Positions 24,156-35,817 of a stretch of 64,000 nt of DNA are shown here, piece after piece. A program made the position numbers and the translations under genes. Source of the stretch: Oculina patagonica (lineage: Eukaryota). The stretch covers positions 22,444,001 to 22,508,000 of the forward strand of contig NC_135768.1 of assembly GCF_052425735.1 (NCBI RefSeq). Direction: 5' to 3'. Position 1 is the first letter of the stretch; each line of letters opens with the position of its first letter. The notes beneath the pieces were generated by a model. The model was not told where the DNA came from, searched no databases, and worked only from the letters and a program-made list of their open reading frames with translations.

Positions 24156-25200
24156 GACTGGCAGAGTTCACTTTGCAAGGGTCAAAGGAAGTCTGTGAAC
24201 TATGGAGAAATTAAAACGCGTTTGGTCAACATAAGTATAAATCTCTTTGTGGCTTTAGTTGAATAATCAGAGGCACCCAACAGACCGTTTCGGCGAACAT
24301 GTGTTCAGAAGACCTATAATCGCCTACGATTTTTGGATTAACGTGTAATGAAAATCTGAAGCTTTCTTTAGCTCAAACATTTGTGACATGGGCGAGGTAA
24401 TGCCTGTTTTTTCGAAGAGAGAAATATGTCGTTTACGGTACGAAGAAGGCCAGCTACGATTTTCGAGAAGGCAACAGTGGCTCGTAAATTCGGGTAATAA
24501 CGTTTCGTTCCCTAAAATTTTCTGAAGTTTGAAAGTTCAGTTAGCATATCCGAAAAGAAACGCTTTTCTTGGCGTTGTTTAAAATAAGTATTTACATCGC
24601 ACAAAATGGACACCTATAAGGTACGTAGAAACGGTGTTCCGGCACCTATAGTAAAATTGTCCCGTTGGCCAGCCCTGAATAATCGCGTTTTTTTATTATG
24701 TTTAATATTTCCATGTAAATATACCTTGCTTTTGGATGTGTCTTTGCTCTTGTTTATGAGGTGGTCAGTTACTGGTTTACGATGTTTTTTCTCTGGCGAA
24801 GTTTAGTTTTGAGGTTTTGCTTTTTTATAACATAAAAAATATAAAGTGTTAACGTTAAGTTTAGACAACATTTTCAGAATACCTTATACTTTAGTTTTCT
24901 GTGATGTACATTCAAATCTGTCGTCTCCTTCCTCTTCGTGGCCTCGGTCTTAGCTGCGTCGCTTGTTTTCTGGCGTAATTTAACGTAACACCTTGTAGCA
25001 ACCTAGAAGTTGATTGTCAATAATATCGACTATTGTTTAATTTAACCGGAATTGTTTTGGTTATTAAAGGCCGGGTCGCATTTGAGTCGTGGTAAATTTT
25101 CTGTCAATTTTCAATGGCACAAAAATTTGATTGCGCGACCGTTAATAAGCGGCATAAGAAAACAGAGACTTGACAGCTGTCCCTTGCACTTTTAAAAGTA

Positions 25201-25811
25201 CAGTCCGACCTCTATTAAGACTATTAAGCGGCCACCCTAGGGACTTTGAAAAGTGGCCGCTTATAATTAATAGAGGTACAATATAAATTGGATAGGAATG
25301 GCAGTAAACATGATTTTATTGACTCTATATAGCAAAATGCTTTTAAAAAGTGAATATATAAAGATAAATCAAAAATTCATTGTAAATAACAAAACATCAA
25401 GTGCATTTCCAGCCTATGCATAGTTCTAACTCTAACACAGAGGGTACGTAGTTGCAATGTACAGTATTTCTTCGGGTTGAAAATGTAAAGAAAAATATGC
25501 AAAACATCGTTGACAAGTTTCTTAGGCCTTCAACAGTTAGTATGTAAAAAAATAAGCGCAAGATATTTCACGGACGATATATATCATCTGTCACCATTTC
25601 GCTTGGAAAGATAATTTGCTGGCCGCTTAATGGAGGTAAAAACCTATATAAATAATACACTTGCGACAGCAAAAAGGTGGCCGCGGCCGCTTAAAAGAGG
25701 TGGCCGTTGAAAAGAGGTTTCAAATGTGACAAATAAATCGGGACTTTGCAATGTGGCCGCTTAATGGAGAGTGGCCGATTAATAGGTGGCCGCTTAATAA
25801 AGGTCGGACTG
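25201..25811. mobile_element. Tc1/mariner-type MITE
   Basis: TA|CAGTCCGACCTCTATTAAG ... CTTAATAAAGGTCGGACTG|TA; repeated GGCCGCTTAAT motifs. Confidence 0.9.
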
Positions 25812-26125
25812 TACACAAAAAGTATTTTTAAAAGTACACTTTTACCCGTGTAAATTTTCCGCGAACGGAGTGTAAACAAACGTAAAAATGGATCGAAATG
25901 AAGCCTTATGGGTCGCTTTTTTGATACTTCTTCTTCAGAATATCAGCATTCAGCAGCAACAAATGGTCGTATTTTTCATATTATAAATGAGATGGATGCA
26001 CAGTTGCCAGGCAATGCTATAAAATATCGCGGTTAGGCTACGGCGAAGGAATCAGTGATTGCGGCGACAACGCATTGGCCCCTATACATGGAATATTCCT
26101 CGTCCCGCTGAATCTTAGTTCGACA

Positions 26126-26296
26126 CAGTGGCGGATCTAGGGGAGGGACCCGGCGGGCCCGGGGGCCCGCCTTATTTTTTGGCCTAATAGAGGCCCGAAG
26201 GGCCGAGAAAAATTATTTTCGAAAGCGGGCTCCCTCCTTTCCTGGGCCTGGATGATCGGGCCCCCTCACTTAGCTGAAGGTCTGCATCCGCTACTG
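26126..26296. mobile_element. Small CAGTGGCGGAT-type (hAT-like) MITE with 5-bp target duplication
   Basis: CGACA|CAGTGGCGGAT ... ATCCGCTACTG|CGACA. Confidence 0.75.
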
Positions 26297-26510
26297 CGAC
26301 ATACATAGAGGATATTACATGGTTGCGCGGAGATATGAAATTTATCTTCGAGTGTTCAAATCGATATCTCACGAGTGAGCGCAGCGAACGAGTGGGATAT
26401 CAATTTGAACACGCGAACCTACTAATTACGATGTTTTTGACGATTTTCCGAAGATTGCCGACCATTTTCCGAAGATTTCCGAAGATAAGCAAAATGTTGT
26501 CCGAAGGTCG

Positions 26511-26811
26511 TAAATAAATAAATAAATCAACTTTGTTTAAATAAAATAAATCAACTTTGTTTAACGAGGGTTGCACATAACAGTCTTTCGACTGACAAAC
26601 CTGTGGCCCTCGGATTCCCGATCGAATTGGAATTTAGAGGTGTTGGTTTTTGTGGAGGGAGGAAAACCGGAGAACCCGGAGAAAAACCCTCGGAGCAAGG
26701 ACGAGAACCAACAACAAACTCAACCCACATATGACGCCGGGTCCAAGAATCGAACTCGGGCCACATTGGTGGGAGGCGAGCGCTCTCACCACTGCGCCAT
26801 CCCTGCTACCC
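26511..26811 (-). mobile_element. tRNA-derived SINE (family B) with TTTA tail, nested in an unclassified repeat (~26305-27059)
   Basis: Minus strand GATGGCGCAGTGGTGAG (A box), GAGTTCGATTC (B box), body GGGTTTTTCTCCGGGTTCTCCGGTTTTCCTCCC, and (TTTA)n tail. Confidence 0.88.
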
Positions 26812-27136
26812 CTAAACATTCGTACGAATGTTTCCGAACATTTTCCGAACTTTTCCGAAGATTGCCGAAGATTGCCGAGGAAGATCCGAAGATGTTTCGA
26901 CTTAATATCGATTTACTTTGGCTCATTCGGCATTGAAACAGGGCAAACTTCGATATCGATATCTTCACATGTGAAAATAACATGTTATTTTCACGTGTGA
27001 AGATATGATTTTTTCGTGCGAAAGATTTCCTGGTATTTCACTGATGTTTATATAATAAACTATAGTGATCCTGCTATATATATCCCACAAGAGTACTTTC
27101 GACAGCAGTTACGTGTCAACAAGAATACGTTTGATA

Positions 27137-27621
27137 ATAATAGCATCTGTAACATTTTTAACGAGCATAATTCCACGTATAACCTGAGACAATCAGATTT
27201 TTCCACTCCTAGATACAACACTGTTACTTATGGAAAGCACTCAGTTTGCGTTATGTAGGACCCAAACTATGGGGAAAACTTTCTACGGCTGACAGATCAG
27301 CCAAGACTCTGCAGGCTTTCACAAACCGTATTCGCAAAAAAGATACAACTCCCTTAATGGACAGCGGCTGTAAGGGATGCATCCTATGCTGCACTTAGTG
27401 CCTCTCAAGTCAAAACATTATTATAAGATTTTAACATTTTTTACACCATAGATTATAATAACATTTTTATATGACTTATATATATTTTTATTGTATTTAT
27501 ATTTAGTATTAGTGTAGCTTTTAGTTTTTAGCAGTGTCCCCTAATTAGTATGGTTTTATTTTCCAGGCTATAAGGCTTTGACACTTAAATAAAGTTTCTT
27601 ATCTTATCTTATCTTATCTTA
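27137..27621 (+). mobile_element. 3' fragment of a CR1/L2-group LINE with (TCTTA)n tail
   Basis: Translates as YNLRQSDFSTPRYNTVTYGKHS...GPKLWGKL...GCKGCILC, followed by an AT-rich UTR, AATAAA and a TCTTA tandem tail. Confidence 0.8.
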
Positions 27622-28303
27622 TTATACGGAATACTCTTGGTGCGAGGATCAACAGGGAAAATTCAAAATTCCGAGATTGTTTGCCGCCGGAGAAAGTGTT
27701 AGCTTTAGGACTTTATCGACTAGCCCATGGTAATTCTTACTCGACGATTGCTCCAGCCTTCAACGTTGGTAAACCAACTGTCATTGAGGCAGTCCAAGAT
27801 GTTGTTAATGGTCTCTATGAGAATAGGAACGATCACATAAAGTTTCCAGAAACCCTCAGGCAGAGGTGAATACGTCAATTGAAACATTTGCAAACTTGAC
27901 TGACCTGCCGAACGTTGTTGGAGCAATTGATGGCTTGCGTCTCAAAATTAAAGCGCCAGTCGACAGCGCCCCAGACTACTTTAGTCGTTATCAACAGCAC
28001 GATTTTATTATTCAGGCCGTCGTCAATGGAAGGAAGCATTTTCTTAATTTTGCCTGTGGATTCCCCGGTAGTACGCACGATGGTCGCGTTCTAATTTAAG
28101 CCTGGTTCTCATATGATCGTCCCGATCGTCGCTGTCGCTTCTGTCGCTTCAAAAAGTTTGCTTCCTCCAATCAACTGTAAATGTGGCTGGCCAATAGGAC
28201 CATATCTTGTTGGCGATAGTGCCTATCCGCTTAGCCCGTGGCTTATGAAACGTTTTCCAGAGGGAACACGAGATCGAGATGAGATCAAATTTAACAGAGA
28301 TCG

Positions 28304-28506
28304 ACTCTCTCCTCCGCAGAGGCCTCTTTCGCATGTTTCGTGTCCTTTCGTGTTTCGTACGGGCTGGGAAATGGAGAGAGGTTTAAAGTAAGCGCGCGGA
28401 GCCTGGAGAGAATCGAAATGCGCTCCCCCTATTTTTCATTTTTCGTGTTTTTCGCCTCCCTCCCCCCGTGTTTCCCCCACTAAAGGAGCCTCTGCGGAGG
28501 AGAGAG
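28304..28506. mobile_element. Short palindromic MITE
   Basis: CTCTCTCCTCCGCAGAGGC ... GCCTCTGCGGAGGAGAGAG inverted termini. Confidence 0.8.
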
Positions 28507-28878
28507 CGATGGAGACGACATTCGAGACCTCCTAAAAGAAACATTGTAGGGTTTTAATTTTTAATTTTTTATTTATTTTTCGTCGTTGTCCAATCCTAAT
28601 TTTTTTGCGAAATGAATATGCATGTTGGATAAAAATTACAAATATAATGCCCTAGATCAAGCTGAAAACCAAGAAAATCACTATCAAATAAATATACGTC
28701 AAATTATATGTTTTCATTTGGGCATGTACTCTCCCTTTTATCATAATTGTGTACAATATATTATTGTAGAACTCAGTTGTTTCTGTTTTGAACGATTGCA
28801 TAGATATGTATATAAATGGGTATAGGTATATAAATGGTAAATTTATAACACATTTAAACTTTGGGTTTTGCTGAATTA

Positions 28879-29493
28879 GGGACGGTTCATTTTTTATGAG
28901 ATAGGGGGGGCTGGTGGGATTTGAGGGGGGGCCATCCGAAAAAATTTGGCTTTAAAGGAGGGGCCAGCCAAAAAAATATGGTCTGTAAGGGGGGGTCACT
29001 AAATATAATTGTACTTTTAAGTGTTGTAAAGTGGCTTCTGTAAGAGTAAAAAAAATTTGCCAGAATGCCCAAAATAACATTCCTGAGGTTCTCAAAATTC
29101 AATTTTTCCCGGGGGAGCATGCCCCCGAACCCCCCTACTTTGTTATGTACCAAAGGCCATTAACTCAACCCAACAGGTTATTAGTTACAAGTGCAGACAA
29201 CCCATACTAACAGACGACATCCACAATAAACAGTTGAGGCAATGCCAGCTATTTGGGATGTGTTTTTTGTACACTGATAAATTCTTTATTCACAAGGCTC
29301 GATATATTTTAATTTCACTTGATTATTGTTTTTTTTTTTTTTTGGGGGGGGGGGGGGTCATCGAAAAAAAAAATTGATTTCGCGGGGGGGCCAGGCAAAA
29401 ATTTTCGATGAAGAAGGGGGGGCCATTATATATAACAGTGACTATCTATCAAATCCCACCAGCCCCCCTACCCCATAAAAAATGAACGGTCCC
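28879..29493. mobile_element. PIF/Harbinger-like MITE
   Basis: TTA|GGGACGGTTCATTTTTTATG ... CATAAAAAATGAACGGTCCC|TTA. Confidence 0.85.
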
Positions 29494-29869
29494 TTAGACA
29501 TTACAATCATGCTTACAAAAACAAATGCTTCCCTTTACTATCACATTATGCATAGAGTTCAGTTCAAGTTCACCTAAAAGTCTCTATCCTTTTTTTACGT
29601 TTTGGCTTTTGTCTTGAGTTAAAAAGTTGGTCAATACCCTAACCAGTACAGTGGCGGATCCAGACCTCCAGCTACGAAAATAATTGCGAAAATAATTCCG
29701 GCACTTCAAAGAAAATGCACCATCTAGCAATGTATTAATTTACTTGTCTATTTTCGATTTAAAAAATGTTTGTTTTTTTTGTTTTTGTTTTTTGTTTTTT
29801 TTCATTTGCTTTTTTTTTTTTAGCCAGCGAGCGCGGCCTCGTCTTGAGACCGAGAGTCCCAGGGTAAAC

Positions 29870-29950
29870 GCGACAGCCAATCAGAAAGCGGCGCACGAAG
29901 TTCAAGTCTTCGTTCGAATGTTCGCGTGTGATGCTCTTCGGCCATTTTGA
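29870..29950 (+). promoter_or_regulatory. Putative NEK2 promoter: CCAAT box, GC-rich element, CHR-like motifs
   Basis: AGCCAATCAG at ~29875-29884, GCGGCGC, TTCAAG (29901-29906), TTCGAA (29913-29918). Likely 5'UTR intron from GTAAGT (~29990) to GCAG (30104). Confidence 0.5.
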
Positions 29951-30186
29951 TTGTGTTGCTTCTGCAAGGCTAGTTTCCACGGTGTTTTGGTAAGTTTTCG
30001 ATAAAACGTGACCCTTTGACTGTTGCTAGTTTAACGATGGATTTGTTTTAATTTTTCTCAAGCAGTAAGAAGACTTGATGGTTTTAAACTCTGTTTGTTC
30101 GCAGATAAACTGTCGAGCGGTTAAAGAGCCAGGCAAATCGATAAACAACCAACGGAGAAATATTGTGAGCTTCAGAAAGAACAACT

Positions 30187-33100
30187 ATGCCTTCTAAACT
30201 CTTAGATTACGACATTCTGGGTGAAATAGGGTCCGGTTCGTACGGGACATGCAAGAAAATACGTCGAAGAAGCGATAACAAGGTATGGCCGGCGAAAGTA
30301 GTTGAATAAATTGAGCTTGCAGTGTAAAAATTTGTGTGTTCCATAGTCTCGTTTTGTAAAATAAATTTTGCAAGAGTAGGCTTATTGAGTATAGAATGAA
30401 GACCAGTAGCAATTATTTGGACAAACGACACAACTTAACACATGTTCATGTCTAAATGAATAATTTCATCGTACATTTTCTCGATATCAAATGAGACTTG
30501 TATAAGCTTTTTATTTAGTATGTTTCTTTGCTATGCTGGTCGTAAAAAATGTGAAGTCAGCTTTAATAGTCAAAATGCGCTATTACTATTTTCAGATTTT
30601 GGTTTGGAAGGAACTGGACTATGGCAAGATGACGGAGGTTGAGAAGCAAATGCTTGTGTCAGAAGTGAATCTACTAAGAGAGCTAAAACATCCACATATT
30701 GTTCGGTATTATGACAGAATCATTGATCGCTCAAATACAACAATCTACATCGTAATGGAGTTTTGTGAAGGAGGGGATTTAGGAGCATTAATAGCCAAAC
30801 ACAGGAAGGAAAAGTAAGTGTCAGTTCCCCCACGGAGATCTGTGCAACTGTACATGTAAATTACTCTCACAAAGATTTTGTAAACATTCTGACACTTGTA
30901 GAGAATGTGCCTCTTTTCCACCCAGGGACATTGGTTGGTTACAGTGTACCAGCGCAAATTCTACTACCGAATTAGGTAGACTGTTTTTCGGAGCCGCATG
31001 AAACAGTTGTCATTGGCGACAAAGACGTGTGTTTTGAGTCACGTGGGTTACAGCTGTCAAATGAAAAGGTAAACGCACGTGAGCACATTCCTTAAAGCTC
31101 GTTGAAACAATGAAAACACTTCTGATTGGTCGATCTGTAACGCGCCAAAATTTGAACGTGCCTCGGGATGGTTGTCCTGGCCCCTGGGGAATTGAATGTC
31201 TGTGCTTTATGCAAATCAAAGATTGTGCACGCAATCGTAATATGTGCTGTTTTTGGATGTATTTCTGTTTGGAGACGACATCAACAGTCTCGGAGCAATT
31301 ATTTTTCACTTAAATAAGCATGTTTAATGTATAACGATGTTTAATAACAGAGAATGATCCCAAAACAGCACTCATTACAATTACGTGACACAACCTGAAT
31401 TTGCATAAAACCGCAGACATGTCTAGTCTCCGGTGAATGAATTAACGGTCGAATGGACGAATGACTAACGCCTGATCGCAGGTTATACAACGAGCAAAGG
31501 AATGTGGCTCACGTGTGTTTACCTTTTCATTTGACAGCTGTAACCCACGTGACCCAAAACACACGTCTTTGTCGCCAACGGCAACTGTTTCGTGCAGCTC
31601 CGAAAAAACAGTCTACCTAATTCGGTAGTAAGGATGTTAGTATTCTTGGTGCAGTGACATCATGACTTACCGGTTTTAGTTTCTGTAATAATACTGGGAG
31701 GGGGTTATTAGCCCTCTGCCCAACCCCACCCACCTCCAGGCTACAAGCCCCATCTACCCGAAGCAAGCTGGTTTTAAGGTGCTAGCAACCCGCCCTCACA
31801 CCTAGAATCTGTCAGAGTAGTCCTGCTTGTGCTAGCAACCCGCCCTCACACCTAGAATCTGTCAGAGTAGTCCTGCTTGTGCTAGCAACCCGCCCTCACA
31901 CCTCTAGAATCTGTCAGAGTAGTCCTGCTTGTGCTAGCAACCCGCCCTCACACCTCTAGAATCTGTCAGAGTAGTCCTGCTTGTGCTAGCAACCCGCCCT
32001 CACACCTCTAGAATCTGTCAGAGTAGTCCTGCTTGTGCTAGCAACCCGCCCTCACACCTCTAGAATCTGTCAGAGTAGTCCTGCTTGTGCTAGCAACCCG
32101 CCCTCACACCTCTAGAATCTGTCAGAGTTAGTCCTGCAGGTGCTAGCAACCTGCCCTCACACCTCTAGAATCTGTCAGAGTAGTCCTGCTTGTGCTAGCA
32201 ACCCGCCCTCACACCTCTAGAATCTGTCAGAGTTAGTCCTGCAGGTGCTAGCAACCCGCCCTCACACCTCTAGAATCTGTCAGAGTAGTCCTGCTTGTGC
32301 TAGCAACCCGCCCTCACACCTAGAATCTGTCAGAGTAGTCCTGCTTGTGCTAGCAACCCGCCCTCACACCTAGAATCTGTCAGAGTAGTCCTGCTTGTGC
32401 TAGCAACCCGCCCTCACACCTCTAGAATCTGTCAGAGTTAGTCCTGCAGGTGCTAGCAACCTGCCCTCACACCTCTAGAATCTGTCAGAGTAGTCCTGCT
32501 TGTGCTAGCAACCCGCCCTCACACCTCTAGAATCTGTCAGAGTTAGTCCTGCAGGTGCTAGCAACCCGCCCTCACACCTCTAGAATCTGTCAGAGTAGTC
32601 CTGCTTGCTGCAAGGGGCATGCTTCTGGAGGAGAGGCTATTTGAGATGCGAGCCAGGTCAGAGCATTTTCTAAGGGTTTGCAGCTTATCCCTAACCCACC
32701 CTGTGTCTAATCCTAACCCAATTCAAGACCAAATTCTAAGGGCAATCAGGCAAGATGCTACATGTAGCCAAGGGCAACATCCCATCCAAGGGGGTAGCTG
32801 ATGCTCGCCCCCTGAATTAACTGAAGTTACATGTATGGCCCTGAATTACAAATGTAACTTATAAGTTGAACAAAATGGTCTTTGGGACCTAAAGGAGAGT
32901 ATGCTAAGGAGAAGTGTCATAGGTTTCATAAAGTGATGTTACCCCTGATCTTTTCATATCAGGAGATATATTGAAGAAGAATTTGTAGTGAAGATCATGT
33001 ACCAACTGGTAGAGGCACTTCAAGAATGTCATCGCAGGAAGGATGGCGCTCATGTCTTACACAGAGATCTTAAGCCAGCTAATGTTTTCTTGGATAGTAA

Positions 33101-35817
33101 CGATAATGTGAAACTTGGAGACTTTGGGTTAGCAAGGGTACTTCAACATGACACAAGCTTTGCCAAAACATTTGTTGGGACACCATACTACATGTCACCA
33201 GTAAGTTGAAACGTGGCAACATCAGTGTGCAAGGAAAGTGTGATCTGATTGACTAGGTTTGGGGGAATGGGGTGGTTGATTTTTTTCTGAAGTGGCCATA
33301 ACATTTGGTTGTGGCCCGTCTGTTCAATGGAAGGATGTTGCAGACCTGCGATCATGCCCTTCTTCCCTATTTATTTATTTTTATTTTTTTTACACTTCGT
33401 TTGTCTGTGGTGATTGGTAAACTGAATATAATTAGAAGGAATCATCCAATCTGATCTTTTAAGTCATTAAATTTTCGGTGGCTTCTGTCCACCTTCATCA
33501 GAGAAAAATAATGTTTGCTATACATTAGCATGCGCTAAGCATGTTTAAATATGCCATCCAATTTTGAATTTTAAGAAGTGGAGTGTACATGTAAGCACTG
33601 GGAAGGGATTTTCTTTCATTAAACGTGCTGGAATCCATCATTGAGTGTCACGACTCTAAGAATTTTTTATTTTTTTTGTTTGTTTTATTCATGTGTCTTG
33701 TCTACTGTGCATAAAAATTATTTATTATTTTATTTTATTTTTTTTATTAGGAACAAGTGAATAAACAAAGTTATAATGAGAAATCAGACATCTGGTCACT
33801 TGGCTGTCTGGTTTATGAACTCTGTTCCCTATCACCACCATTCACTGCTATGAACCAGAGAAGTCTTGAAGCAAAGATCAGAATAGGAAAATTCCGTCCA
33901 ATCCCTGATCAGTATTCACAGGAACTGAGTGAAGTTGTTAATTCAATGCTAAGAGTAAATGTAAGTTTGTAGGCTCCAGTGTATATGTAGGTTTGGTGAA
34001 AATATTGTTCAACAGGGTTCTCATACTGTACATGTAAGAGGGGGGGGGGGCGGGTACCTGGGTACCTGTACCAGGATACCCAAGAGTCAGTACCTACACT
34101 GTAGCTACTTTTAAATCGAACATAAAGAAATTTGCATTCTTTTCTGCCCACCTACTCTCCTTTTGGTGCAGACCTTCTCAATTTAAAACTTAATGAAACC
34201 CCTGTTAAATGTGATAAATCAACTTATATTTAGAATAAATTCTACACTGTATTTACTTTCTGTATTGTCACCAACGATTTTAATTTAAACTTTTATGTAC
34301 AAATGCAGGAAGACCGTCGACCATCAATAGATAAACTTCTTTGCAGCCCACTTTTTCAGAGATTTCAAAGAGACCAAGAACCACAGTTATTGTAAGTATC
34401 AACAAATGTCAAGCTTGTAGGCTAATATTGAAAACAAGGAGAGGCACCAATTGAAAAATTAAAACTTACGTGTGACAGTCCCTTAAAAAAAAACCTTTAG
34501 TGTTCATAAACCAGGAATGCCCCCAACCCCCCACCCTTCTTCTGCCCAATCAAAAAATCTGATGTTGGATTCTCCATTTTTCCATGGTCTTTATGATAAA
34601 ATGCAAGTTGGCACCTGATTATGAGGCAATTCTAATGGGTTCTGATGATCTTTTTTCTTCGATTTTTGAACTGTGATATATTATAATGTTGTTTTATAGA
34701 AATGATGGGAAGAAAAAGGAAGAATTCTGCAAAAGATGGGAAAAACAACTAACTGAGAAACAGAAAGAGTTGGACAGTATGTATTAATATATTGTATTAA
34801 TAATTATGCTGAAGTACTCAATCATTACATTTGACAATAAATTTATCCATTTAACATGTCATATTGAAATCTGAGTCATTAACTGAAGATTTTGTAACCT
34901 TCCTTAGGGAGAGAGAAAATGCTAGTAGAAAGAGAAAGATCTCTTAGTGAAAGAGAGGAAAAAGTAACAAGGTATGATGACAATCCAGCCCAAAAGGGCT
35001 GAATTTAAATTTTAAAAATCTTACTGAGTTACGATATCGTTGAAAAGTTTTTGCCCAGCAGCTCTCATCAAAAAGGTCAAGTAAGAATTTCATTTCACAG
35101 CCTTGAATGCAACATACACTCAGTAATTTATTGCTTTGTAGCATTTTATTTTATTTAGAAGTCACAATTGGAATTTTATTTAAGACTCTAAATCATATGA
35201 TTTGTCTCTTAGAGCACGGATCTAGCTAAAAAAAACTAAGCTGGCTGGTTAAAAAGGCCAGCCGGCTTTTCTGGTCATCATATCCTCAAAATTATCTTAA
35301 GTCTTTCGTTTTTTGGTGAAATTTCAGCCGGTCATAAGCTCTCTTTCAACCAGTAAAATTAACCGGCAGCCGGCTCTTAGCTACATCAGAAACCCATGAG
35401 TTTCTGGCTACATCCCTGTTATAGCCATGACTCCATGGTTATAGCCATGGTTTTAGAACGTGTAGCACCGGGGATTAATCAAGATGATTTTTTTATTAAC
35501 TTTTAATTTGTTTCTCATTTTTTCCCTTGCACAGGGCTGAAGCAACACAACGTCTTCTTGGCCTCCAAGAGGCTGCGCCTCCAATTTCCAAAAGGCCATA
35601 TTTATATGGAAACTTAGCCATGGATAAGGAGAATGATGTCTTTGCTGTGAAAAGGAAATTTCCCACCTTTGATCCTGAAAACAGAGAAAGACTTTTGAAA
35701 GATGCGACAAGTAACATTTTTGGCATTGATCGACATCTGCCAGAGTTAGGATATAGGCATCCAAATATTGCTGCTGGGAATGTCAGAGCTGCGCGATTGC
35801 TTTCAGACTTTAGATAA
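30187..35817 (+). CDS. NEK2: NIMA-related Ser/Thr kinase NEK2, 8 coding exons, 422 aa
   Basis: Exons 30187-30282, 30596-30813, 32963-33200, 33751-33960, 34309-34391, 34700-34776, 34908-34971 and 35535-35817 give one open frame. ILVWKELDYG..TEVEKQMLVSEVNLLRELKHP, HRDLKPANVFLD, DFGLAR..HDTSFAKTFVGTPYYMSPE and YNEKSDIWSLGC closely match vertebrate NEK2; coiled coil and KEN box follow. Confidence 0.96.
30964..31628. mobile_element. TIR element (probably Tc1/mariner MITE) in NEK2 intron 2
   Basis: TA|CTACCGAATTAGGTAGACTGTTTTT ... AAAAACAGTCTACCTAATTCGGTAG|TA; about 125-bp TIRs. Confidence 0.85.
31779..32607. repeat. Minisatellite, 16 copies of a 50-53-bp unit
   Basis: Unit GTGCTAGCAACCCGCCCTCACACC(TC)TAGAATCTGTCAGAGT(T)AGTCCTGC(TT/AG), contiguous with no spacers. 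Confidence 0.97.

Larger units (their letters stand above)
25888..28549 (+). pseudogene. Fragmented PIF/Harbinger (HARBI1-like DDE) transposase with nested insertions
   Basis: Colinear pieces: YTWNIPRPAES*FD (~26085-26125), YSDPA..IPQEYFRQQLRVNKNTFD (27061-27136), LPPEKVLALGLYRLAHGNSY...FNVGKPTV (27681-27860), NVVGAIDG...FPGSTHDGRVL (27866-28095), YLVGDSAYPLSPWLMK (~28200-28295). Contains stops and frameshifts. Confidence 0.9.

Noticed and set aside
31779-32607. CRISPR-like array
   Set aside because: Units are contiguous with no unique spacers, lie in a eukaryotic intron and have no cas genes nearby; it is a minisatellite.
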